Positions 52,927 to 64,000 of a stretch of DNA of 64,000 nt are shown here, piece by piece. This DNA comes from Amoebidium appalachense (lineage: Eukaryota > Protista > Ichthyosporea): positions 8,365,312 to 8,429,311 of the forward strand of contig CAVNZM010000003.1 of assembly GCA_963693365.1 (NCBI GenBank), written 5' to 3'. A program made the translations under genes and the position numbers. Every line of letters begins with the position of its first letter. The stretch's first letter is position 1. The notes under the pieces are model-generated. The model ran no database searches. It was given only the letters and a program-made list of their open reading frames with translations, and was not told where the DNA came from.

Positions 52927-53697
52927 GCTCTCCCTCCCTCTCTTTCAACCACAACATATCCATGATGGCATGTTTCAAAAGGGCAAACAGCATGTAATGC
53001 AAAAACAAGCAGAAAAATGAACGGCACCGACCTCTCTTTGCTGCATCGTGAATGGGGTTGGCCACTTCTTCTGCCTGAGCCTCAACTGTGTGTGCGGGGG
53101 ATATGTCATATTTATAGTCGATATAACTCACAGTTATGGTGTGCTATATAAGGCGGCTTTCCATTTTTACCTCCGTGCAGTTGCCAGTATTGCTTATGGT
53201 AACTTTGTTTGCTCCCCCCCCCCCCCCCCCCCTTTTTTTTTTTTCTTTTCTGTTTTCTCTTTTTGTCTATTTTTTTACCAATTCCTGCTCCATTTTTCCT
53301 CGTTCATATTGTCACGGAGGAGAAGCCCTTCCCCCCCACCCCCACCCCTTTATTTTTCTTTTTTTTTTTTTTTTTTTGAAACGCGAACACGAACTCAATA
53401 GAACTGTCGTCCAAAAGAACATTTACAAGAATAGTCTGATCACACCATATTCCATTTTTAACTGGTGCGAGATCTTCAAAGGTTGTAACCTAGCTGGGCC
53501 TTAATGAAAACACACACACAGGCACCCACCATAGTTGCTTGGCACCAAACCATCCTTGCCGTTGCAATTTGCCTTCCACCACGCTGGGTCCGACACAGAG
53601 TCGTAAACGTACAAGAGGTCTCCCTCCTCAAAACTAAGCTCGTCAGCCTGAAGAAAAATGAGAAGGGCGGGAGGGAGTTGGGGGGGTGGGGGAGGGG

Positions 53698-53731
<34 letters not shown>

Positions 53732-54482
53732 GGGGAAAGAGATGCAGCGTTGAGTCAAACAGGTTGTGTTTGTGTGTGCTGTATGTCGATGGGGGGGGAG
53801 GGAGGGGGGGAAGGGGGAGGGGGGTAGAGAAAGCTGGTCAAAGATGAAATAGCAGTGTTAGGCAAGACAGAGTCAAGAGGAAAGACAACGATTAAGCCCA
53901 AAACATTATTGTCGGGTGCTTAAGCCTCAAAGAAAAACGAAGCTGTGATGCAACTGGTATTAATTTGATGTTTGAGGAGAGAGACCATGTTTTAGTGCTA
54001 ACTGTGTAGCGTCTTGAACAAACAACAAAAAGGATTGGGGCTTTTCAGTGAATGTGAGAATGTGGTGCCTACTTTCAACCCTCCTTTTCTGAGACACTTT
54101 AGGATTCAAAGTACGTATTAGGATACATACTGCAAAGGAACTCTTTGTGTGTTGTGCACCTGAATTCGAGCTCTTAGCACAACACTCAGACAATAAACTT
54201 TGATCACGCACCTCCCAATCTCCAATCTCAGATCTCTCCGCCTAGTAACGCCTACAACCCCATCCCCATTCCCACCCCTCCCACGCCTGACCGCCACTTA
54301 CTCCAAACCCCTCCCTCTCCCTCTCCTTTATCTTTTTCTACATCTGCATCCGCTGCTTTCAGCTTTACGCAAACAGAAACATGAGATCTTACCTGCTGGG
54401 CCTTGTAGTCAAAGGCAGCCCTGTAGACCTTCACCTGGCCGGGCTTTGCTGCCTTTTTGGGGGGCGGGGGCCTGCCAGCCAT
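49549..54482 (-). CDS. OSTF1: Osteoclast-stimulating factor 1 homolog (SH3 + ankyrin repeats), 7 exons
   Basis: Exons 54482-54393, 53647-53530, 53085-53032, 52591-52434, 51153-51075, 50426-50334, 49589-49549. Protein MAGRPPPPKKAAKPGQVKVYRA...DELSFEEGDLLYV...WWKANCNGKDGLVPSNYV...NPIHDAAKRGN...NGLDKAGCTPLHWAARGGH...QNKLGDTPLHNAAYKG...EDYGQEDDED-stop is colinear with animal OSTF1. Confidence 0.95.
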
Positions 54483-54892
54483 ATTCTCTGTGTGTTACTA
54501 TATCCTTTCAAGGCAACGTAAAACCATAACACGTAGCAATTGCAAAAGCCAGCGACACTCTCAAAACAGTGGTGCAAACTTCAAGAGCTGAAACCAGAAA
54601 AACCGAGGGAGGACTGACATACCGTACAACTGGTTTTGCTTTTTCCCGTTTTGTGTAAAATAATAACTATATATGGAAGGTGTTGCGCCGTATTTGGAAG
54701 GTGATTTGCACAAGGTCCGCCGGGTGCCGCTGCCGCGCACATGCATGTAAAACTGAGCGGGCCGTGACAGCGGCCTCAAACTGTTCAAGTCGACCATACA
54801 ACGGTAGACAGCTACTGCTTGTTTCCATGTCTGTTTACAGCACCTAATTTATACCAAGCCCGTAGCACAGCTTTTAATAAGGTTTAGGCAAC
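54483..54892. promoter_or_regulatory. Probable bidirectional promoter
   Basis: 410-bp repeat-free interval between two divergent ATGs (54482 minus, 54893 plus). No specific motif identified. Confidence 0.5.
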
Positions 54893-55676
54893 ATGGGGCG
54901 GTCCGCCAAGACCCACAAGCGCGTCAAGCGGCAGGGGGGAGCCAAGAAGGAGGTGACGGCCAGCGACGAAGATATGGTGCTGGACGTGGGCGAGAAGAAG
55001 GAGAAGGCCATGCTGAAGAAGAAGGGTGCGTGTTCGTGCTTGTGCATGCCTGCGTGCATGTGTGCGTGCGTATGTGCATGCCTGCATGTGCGTGCGTCCA
55101 TACGCGCGTGCCTGCTTCTCTGGGTGTCTGATCGCGCTTGCCTGCCTGTGTGAGGGCGTGCCGGTGTGCTAACTTGCCCGCTTGCGTGCTTTCCTGCGCG
55201 CCTGCGTGCCAAGTGCCAACATCACGTGCTTGACGGGTGGGTGGGTGGGCAGATGGAACTCTGGGCGAATGGGGTCACCCATCATACGGACGAGGGGGAA
55301 CTACGAGGGGGCTGGGGAGGATGGGGGGGTTGGGCGGGTCCGTTGCAAGCAGGAAGGGGGGGGGGGGGGGGGGGCACGCAAGGAGGCGAGAAAGGCTTGC
55401 TGCGGGGGGTATAGCCTTTTCTGGCGGGAGAAGGGGGGGGGGGAGGGGGGGGAGGGGGGGGGGGGGGGTAATCGAGAAATTCCGTGAGCTAGCGTGACGT
55501 TTAAACAACAAGACTGGAGGTTGACAGTCCTGACATTCCGGGCACAAGTTGTTGGGTAACTGATAAGCTGTATACACACCCTTTTCTTCTTGTTTTTTGA
55601 AATTCAAAGACCCAAGTCTGTTTCTTAATAGTGAATAGAGGTCTGGGGTGAAAGGCAGAGAGGGGGCTCTGTACGG

Positions 55677-55707
<31 letters not shown>

Positions 55708-55854
55708 GGTGTGGTTGTGTGAAAGGTGGAGGGGGGGAGGTGGGGGGATTGGGGTTGGAGATGTTTGCTATGAGGTGTATACAGGCAGTTGTTTGGTGTG
55801 GTGTATACGGGAGGTTGAGTGGGCAGGGATGGACTTGGTAGTTTCTCTTATACC

Positions 55855-55885
<31 letters not shown>

Positions 55886-56044
55886 GTGTGTGTGTGTGGT
55901 GTGTGTGTGTGTGTGTGGTTTATGTTAAGCGGAGTTTCTTTTCTGGGTTTATGCCAGTAGGTAAGGAAAGGAAAGCGCCTCTCTGGGGTAGGGGGGGGGG
56001 GGGGGGGGGGGGGGAGTGGTGTGGGTGTAAATGTTTTTTTTTTT

Positions 56045-56075
<31 letters not shown>

Positions 56076-56291
56076 TGCAATTTGTGTAGGGAGGGGATAA
56101 TAATTTATGGTTCTTTTTGCAACACGTAAAGCGACATATCCTTACACAGTTACCATTTACCAACAGAAAAAGACGGTGGTGTGCAGAAGAAAACAGCGCA
56201 GTCAAAGCCAAAGAGCGCCTTGCAGAAGGTGCTGCAGAAGGGGAAGGCAGCCACCCAGGCAAAGGCAAAACAGATGGCTGTAGACAAATAG
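54893..56291 (+). CDS. Small lysine-rich protein (85 aa, 2 exons), function unknown
   Basis: Exon 1 54893-55025 (G|GTGCGT) joins exon 2 56167-56291 (CAG|AA): MGRSAKTHKRVKRQGGAKKEVTASDEDMVLDVGEKKEKAMLKKKEKDGGVQKKTAQSKPKSALQKVLQKGKAATQAKAKQMAVDK-TAG; GC3-rich codons in exon 1. Confidence 0.75.
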
Positions 56292-58031
56292 ACTTTCTTG
56301 ATGCCCCATAAAGGAACAAGCGGCACATTGCGGAAACATTGGTTCAGTTAGTCTCGATGGGGTTTTGGACGGACATCTATGAAACTATGGCCCGAATCTA
56401 TGGGGGGGGTTCTACTGTTCAGGGTGAGTGTGGGACACGGAGATAACTACGGTAGCCCTTTACGTTTGTGTTGTGTGTCAGTTTTCTATTATGTGCGTCA
56501 TGTGATTCTGTGAACAACTAGATACCATAGGAAGTGAGCTAATACCTTAGGACGAAAGCGGGAGGGGGGGGGGGGGGGGGGGGGGATTTACATACATTTA
56601 CAGGTATGTCAATAGTAGACCTGCTGTTTTGTAGGAGAGTTGTGAGATTCACTTCCCCTCTCCCCCCCCCCTCCCCCCCCCCCCCCCCCCCCCCCCCTCA
56701 TCCCCCCCTTCCCCTCCCAAACACACACATATACACACAAACACATAACCGGGCAAGCACACGACCGGATTAAGCACACATGCCCACGAACACTGCTGGG
56801 GGTGTGTGGTCTGATATGGGCACCACTGTAACTTGCTCAGAATAGAACTGTGACGCAGGCCGCACAGTAGTCAATGGAATACAAATACAGATACTCCAAC
56901 AATACAAATACTATGTGCCTTGGACAAACACCGTAAAGCCCCAAATCTGCGTATGCGTGGGCCAAGGGATGGTCATATGCAACTGAGCGAGAGTCAAGAA
57001 TATAAAGGCACCTGTAAATTGCATTCACTCTTTCAGAACTTTCCCTTTCTTGGTGTCTTTTTTTTGGCTTCTGGAACATTGTAAATTTATCCATGAGTGG
57101 GGTTGGAGGGGGGGGGGGGGGGGGGTTGCAGAGCACGATGCACACATATATGTCGGACAGCACAATGTAGATTGGTTTTTCCTACGAAGAGCATGAGTAT
57201 ACATCTGAAGCAGAACGAATGGGATCATTGCACTTTATTGGCTGTCCGTGGTGGTGGTGGTGGTGGTGGTGGGATGAGGGGGGGGGGGGAGGGGGGGGGG
57301 GGGGGGGGGGGGGGGGTTTGACCCTTGCCTGTTGCCTGTTCCCTTTCCACTTTTCTCTCTTTGAAAAAAAAAAATAATAAATAAATTGAAACGACATTGA
57401 AGACGAACTGTGAGATCTAGTTTGTAAGACATCGTGTATGTTCCGTGTGACTCGTCTTCTCATGAGTGTGAGGAGTGGCCCGTTGCATGCGCATGTACAT
57501 GTATCAAGTACATGTTGCGGTGTGTGGTGTGTGTATACTCCAGTGCAGTGGGGGCCCATTGCACTTTTATCGGCCGCTCCCTCCGGCCAATCCAGTGGCA
57601 CAACATGGGCCCCGTGGGGATATGTACGTATACAGCTAGGTGTAAATAACCCATGTTCATATGGTCATATACTCAGTGACACGGCCATGGATGAACCAAA
57701 ACAAGAACATGGCATGCTTGCGCATGAACACCATATAACAACCTTAAAAGTGGCCCTTAGTTCTGTTAACGTTGAAAACAGTTAATTAAAAGACTTTTCT
57801 TTCACAAACGACACAGCCGGTGCCTGCAAGTGAAATATGGGTTGTGCGCACATGCTAACGTTTATATTACCTGAGATAAGTTTCGTGCCAAGAAAAACTT
57901 TGTGACGATTGCGTCACTAGGAGGATTTATATCCCAAGTCCTTATAGATCTGATTACGCAAAGGCTGCCTTACCGCACTATTCCAATGGCTAGTGTTTGC
58001 AATATTTTCACACATTTGGACCCCCCCCCCC

Positions 58032-58062
<31 letters not shown>

Positions 58063-58442
58063 ACAAAATCTACGTTATATTACAATGCAAAAAAAATGCA
58101 AACATTCCTAACTTAGGCAGGGATCATTCCGAAATGCCATAGTATTCAACCCGGGCATGTCACGGTTGTATGAGGCTGTGTGTGCATGTGCGCGTGTGCC
58201 TGTGTGTGTGCTTGCGCATGGCGCGCACGTTTGTGTGTGATCTGTGTGCATATATCACGAGAGAGTGTGTGTTTGTATGCAGAGGGCGGTAAAAAGGTGG
58301 ATGGACACCGGAAAAGGGGGGGGGGGGGGGGGGGGGGGACATGCATATAACAATATTTCTTGCATGACCCAAGGCAAGAAAACCCCCCACAAAACACCCA
58401 CAGCTGGCCCAGGAGTATGTAATAATCCAGTGTTCATGCATT

Positions 58443-58964
58443 CTATTGGTCTGGGCCCGCAGTGGTTGGCAGGTCAGCACCCAGCACGAATGGCGCTGCT
58501 GATGTTTGTTCTGTCCCTGTGATTGGTGCAATCGCGGAGTTCAACGGTTAATAAGGTGCATTTGAAGGGTTGTAAAAATGGGCAGGTGGCGAGGGAGGGA
58601 ATAGGGATTGAATACAGGAACAGTGGGTTCGAGAATGTAATAAGCGTGTGCGGTGCGCAATAAAGAAGCGGGTGAAAGCGACAGGGCAAAAATGAAATAG
58701 GAAAGTTAGAAACACACAGGAGAAAAGGGGGGAGCATGTAGCAGAAGGGAGAGTGCATGCTTGTGTGTGTGTGTGTGTGTGTGTACACGGTGTGGCGGGG
58801 GGAGGGGGGGGGGGGGGGGAAGATCTAGAAGGATTATGGGGGAAATGGGGGAGGGGGCTCGAGAGGGAGGTTAGCTACATTATCACGGGGTAGCACACTG
58901 CCCTGTGTTTGGCCAGAACATGAATCGTTTCATACATACATAGGTACACTGTTAGGCTTGTGCT

Positions 58965-59003
<39 letters not shown>

Positions 59004-59076
59004 GGGGGATCGGGGGGACGAAATTGGGGAAATGGGGGCAGGGGATTTGGAATAAGGGGGGGGGGGGGGGGCAGGT

Positions 59077-59160
<84 letters not shown>

Positions 59161-59971
59161 ACGTGTGTATGTGTGCGGGGCCGGAGGGGGGGGGGGGGGG
59201 GGGGGGGAAGGGGTATTGCAAACCTTGCAGCAAGCCGCTGTCGTATAGTGTCGTCATGTTTTCTTCCACGGTCTTCCGCAGCTCCTTCACCATCACCAAT
59301 AGGTCATAGGCCGCCTTACGTAGTGACTCCTGAACCACGTGCAAATTTACGTGTGAGCGGGCGGATTTGAAAATGTGTGCCAAGACCATTTTAGGCAATG
59401 TTGGATTCTGGAAGCCAATTTGGCAAGACAATCTGATTTGAGCGTGGGGGCGGGGGGGGGGGGGGGGGGGGGGGGGGGAGAGGTGGGGGGGAGGGAACTC
59501 CCATATATGGGTCGCCACCCAGCTTCAGATGCCATACTGGGAGATTTTAAGAATGTGGATCCGCCGAGCCAGCTTTTTCAGATTTGCGTGAAATAAATCT
59601 GGAAACTTTCTACTTATAGCAGATGCCTTCTCTTCAGCCCCTCCGCTTCCCTGCGCAACTTATTCGGTTTTTGTAATTATGGTCGTTTTAGTATATAATC
59701 ATGCCTGCGACACATTCTTTAACATCTCCGTATACGACCTCTCAGTTGCAACGTGTTCTTTAACACACCTCATGTGCCTCCACCTCATTTAAAGTCAGCT
59801 GCTTTGTGCTCTGGGCTAGTTGGCTCACCACCGTTGCTGTGAGCCGGAGAGTACTGCTGACGTCATCCTGGTATTGTTCCACTGTCTCCATGCTGCCTGC
59901 TAGCTCTGGTTGGGGTGGACGTGTTAGTATTTGAGGTGGGGGGGGGGGGGAGGGGGAGGTTGAACCGGCCA

Positions 59972-60040
<69 letters not shown>

Positions 60041-62754
60041 GGGAGGAGGGAGGAGAGGGGGAAGGGGTGATACGGATGTGTGTGTGTGCATGTGGGGGTG
60101 GGGTGGGGGGGTTATGTTTTATATGGACGTGTGTGTGTGTGTGTGTGTATGCGTGTGCGTCTGTGGGGGGGGAGGGTGGGGGGAATACGGAAGTGTGTGT
60201 TTGTGTGTGCGTGTGTGTGTGTGCGTGCGTGTGCGAGTGTGTGTGTGTGTGGGCGCGCACGTGTGTGTGTGTGTATGCTTGTGTGCGCGCCTGTGTCTGT
60301 GTATGTGTGTGTGCGTGTGCGTATGTGGTGTGGTTTGCTGCGGATGCGTGTGTGTGTGTGTGTGCGGGCGCGCCTGTGTCTGGCATGTGTAAATGTCGGT
60401 GTGTGTATGGTTGGGTAAAGGGGGTGGAGGGGAGGAAGGAGGCAGGGGAGAGGGATGGTATGAGGGAGGGGAGGGACTAGGGGAGGGGAGAGGGGGAGGG
60501 GGGGGGGGGAGGAAGAGAGGTGGGGCAGGGGGGGGGGAGGGGAGGGGAAGGGGGGGGGGGGGGGGGGGTCACGATATGGGGATGTGTGGGGTTGGTACAT
60601 GTTGGAGCCACCGAGGGTAGAAAGAGGTATTGTGCGTGTGGTGGTCATGGTGGTGGGGGGAGGGGGAGAGGGGGGGGGGGGGGGGGAGGGGGTGGGTGGG
60701 GGAAAGGGAGGCGGGAAGAGGGGGGGGAGGGGGGAGGGGGGCGGGGTTTTGGTGAAATGGGAATGATAAGATTTTAGTCCTGATGGAACCAAACCGAGAT
60801 CGGGCACACGAGGGAGGTTGAACCTTCGGGGGGATGTTGGGGGTGAAGGAATAATCCAAGAGAATCCAGTTGTGGTGAAGGTACAGTCAAAGAAGAGCAG
60901 AAAACAGAGAACGTGCGGAGGGGGATATGGGGTGTAAGTGAGTGTGCAGGGGGGTGGGGGTTGGGGGGTGGAGAAGGAAGAGGGCAAGGAGGGGAGGGGG
61001 AGGAGGAGGGGGCACGGGGAGGAAGGGGGGTGGGGAGGGAGGGGTGGGAGAGAAAAAGGGAAGGGAGGTATGGAAGGGGAAAGGTGGGGAGGGAGTGGGA
61101 GGAAGAGGGGGGAGGGGGGGGGGGGGGGAGGCTCCTTACTGATGAGAGTTTGTGTTGCGCGGATGGCAGCTGTTGATAGGTCGATGTATGGGTCGGTCTT
61201 CTCTGATAGGTTCTTGATCACTGTGTAGGTGGTGGGTGTGAGTGCATGTTGTCGATAGGGCAGCCATGCAGCGTGCATACGTAAAACACAGTGTCTGTTG
61301 ATAAACTCATGTACACCTAACTACAGCCATAAACACACGCCGTATGGACACCTGCCTAATCCTCTTTCTCCCCCCCTTCGCCCCCCCATCCACCCACCCA
61401 CCTATACCACGTCCACCTCCCCCCCCCCCCCCCCTCACTGCTTAATGCACACATACATAGATAAACATCGACAACTTCTGCATAGGGTTCATTGGGTGCA
61501 CATACTGCTTCACGTTTACGATGTCTTCTGTAAATAAATATCAGCATTCGAAAACTCCTCCAAGTGTGTATCTATGTTAAAGAAGACACAGCCCGCTAAA
61601 GTCTGGTAAGTTGACATTCTTGAAGCTTTGCCCGAAATCTACCTCACACACAAAAGTGACAAGGTTGGGCCCTCCCCCTCCCTCCCCCGCCCCTCCTCCC
61701 CCTTCACCCTCATCCCAACCCTTCTTCCCTTTCTGCCACTCGCTCGCTTGCTGTTTAAGTTCTCGTTTTTGCGATACAAATGCAAACCCCCAAAACAACA
61801 CCAAAGACGGAAAGAAGCGAAAATGAAAAAAAGGCGTAAAGCAAAACTCCACGTGACACCAAACACCACCACACATGATGTGTTCGTTCGATTGTTTTGG
61901 GGTCTGTGGAGAACAGAGAGACAGAAGGGAGGATGTGTCTATGCATAGGGGGGGCAAGGAGGTCACGTGACCTGCAGCCAATGAGCGTGCAGCATTCATG
62001 GTTGCCGCCTCGTACGGGGCCACTGCAGCTGCTATGGTGTCCTTCCTCCTCTTCTCAATCTCCTGCGCTAGGCTCTGTGTGCATGCATTGTTTAGTTCTA
62101 GTATAGAACATGGAATATGTTGCTAAATACTCTTATGTGGGTTGGAAGTGTAGATAGCATTCCTCATAGGTTTGTGGCCCGTGTGGCGTGTGGGTTTGTT
62201 TGTTTCCTTCGAGGAAATGGGAGAGGGGGAGGAGGGCAGGGGGAGAGATAAATTTGCGTTCAGGCATAGGGGGAGGCCGGTGGGGGAGAGGGGGGAGACG
62301 GGGGGGTGGATAGATAGGGTAGAGGGTTGCGGGGAAGAAGGACAAGTGGGTATAGAGATGGAGTTGGAGATCACAGTGAAGAGAACGGAGGTGGTGTGTG
62401 TGTGTGAAAAGGGGGGAGGTATGTGTGTGTGTGGGGGGTGAGGGGGTGGTGTGGGGGGGGTGGGGGGGTGGTTGGGGGGGGGGGGGGGGGGGGGGGGGGG
62501 AGGGGGGGGGGGGGAGGAGGGAGGGGGAGGGGGGGGGGGGGGGGGGCAAAGGAGGGAAAGTTGTAACATGATATGATGCATTCACGCGAGAAAAAAAATT
62601 AACAACAAATATGCACGAAAAGAATTTGAACATACGACATACACATACCCGTAAGCGTGTCTTTTCCTGGAAAGTGGGCTCCTTTTCTTGCCGTGCCTTC
62701 TGTGCCCTGTCTTCTTCCGCAGCAGCCCTAAAACGAAAGGTGTGTGTTGGTTTG

Positions 62755-62843
<89 letters not shown>

Positions 62844-63288
62844 TGTGTGCGCTCGCGCACGCGTGTTTGTGTGTGTGTGTGTGTGTGTGGGTGTGGGTGT
62901 TTGTGTGTGTGTGGGTGTGGGTGTGCGAGTGTGTGAGTGTGTGTGTGCGTATTGAGAGGGCGGGGGGAGGGAGGGAGGGAGTGGGTTGGGGGGATGTAAG
63001 AAGTGTAAGTTGCCGCTCAATAAGAACATATATGAAAAAATGGTTTTTCGTGATTCTTATGAGGTGTCTTGTGCCCGGTGGATGAAGAGTGCTAAAAACA
63101 CGCCAAATCTGCAAGTATCAGTTTTTAAAATGCAGTTTCCCATTGTTATTTGATGCTATCGTGCCAGGGATGGTACGACAAAAGGAGGAGTGAGAGATGG
63201 GAATAGAAAGGTTCCCAGAGCACAAGGTGCGGGCGGGGGGGGGAGGGGGGAAGAGGAATGTGATACCTGGGTGATGTTGTCTGTGTGT

Positions 63289-63319
<31 letters not shown>

Positions 63320-63744
63320 GGGGTGGAGGGGGGGGGAGGAGGGGGGTGTGGGGAGAAGGGAAAGGGAGAGGGGGGAGAGGGGGGCACCAGTGGGGAAATC
63401 CAGAAATATGAGTAACCCCCATGCATACGGATATGCAGTGGGGGTCTATACACAAATTTTCTGAGGACACACTTTCGAAAGCATTTACGATGTGCCTAAT
63501 TCAATAGAATCCATATTTTTTGCTTTGGTAGGTCATTGGGTGTTTGATTGGGGCAGGAAGACACGACGGAAGGCAAGGAGGAAGGGAGGAAGGGGCGGCG
63601 GGGAGGGGGGAGGGGGGGGGGAGGGGGTGGGGAAGAGAGGGGCGCAGGGGGGAGAGAGATAGAGATGATATACCTTCTTTTCTGGACTTCATTTAGCAAC
63701 TCGGCAATGATTCGAGTTTTTTCCTCGGGGGAGAGCCGAGGTGC
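58443..63744 (-). CDS. 3' portion of a gene ending in a FAT/GIT-C-like four-helix bundle (5' end probably outside the window)
   Basis: Phase-consistent exons 63744-63674, 62727-62649, 62074-61972, 61220-61140, 59905-59769, 59329-59224, 58516-58443 give ...[111 protein letters not shown]...PDQ-TAG. Confidence 0.75.
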
Positions 63745-64000
63745 CTGACTCGAGATTTGCGCTAAAGAGGGATAACGTTTTGCCAATGATGAGTTAATGC
63801 ATTTTCCATGGTGAGTGAACACTCTTTTGTCGTGAGTGGGGAAAGGCGGAAATTTGAAATAGGGAAAGGGCGGGAGGGTTATAGGTTTTATATTTCCGCA
63901 TAGCGCCTAGAAAAAATGGAAACAAGAATTTATTGAAGTGCACGGACTTCAGCTTTTCAAGACGATAGGAAATGGTATTGGGGGAAAAAAAAAAAAATCG

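Overview
Eukaryotic, intron-dense genomic DNA saturated with poly-G/poly-C, (CA)n and (GA)n tracts; nearly all ORFs in the supplied track are microsatellite artefacts. Gene content suggests a unicellular holozoan-like organism (inference). By hand-splicing GT-AG exons I reconstruct a ZC3H14/Nab2-like CCCH protein (-), an RA-REM-CDC25 RasGEF (-), OSTF1 (-), an 85-aa lysine-rich protein (+), the 3' part of a gene ending in a FAT/GIT-C-like four-helix bundle (-), and a disrupted F-box/LRR gene (+). The standout signal is a dispersed intronic repeat family (about a dozen copies/fragments, two subfamilies). Its minus-strand RNA contains all hammerhead ribozyme core elements (GUU site, GAAAC, CUGA(U/G)GA) in reversed, non-circularly permuted order. 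Copies show covarying helices and a kink-turn motif in stem III. They sit in G tracts in one orientation, with a fixed 3' end and variable 5' truncation, and two end 2-3 nt from the predicted cleavage site. This looks like a ribozyme-bearing, poly-G-targeting non-autonomous retroelement. All structure and gene calls were made by eye and need computational and experimental confirmation.
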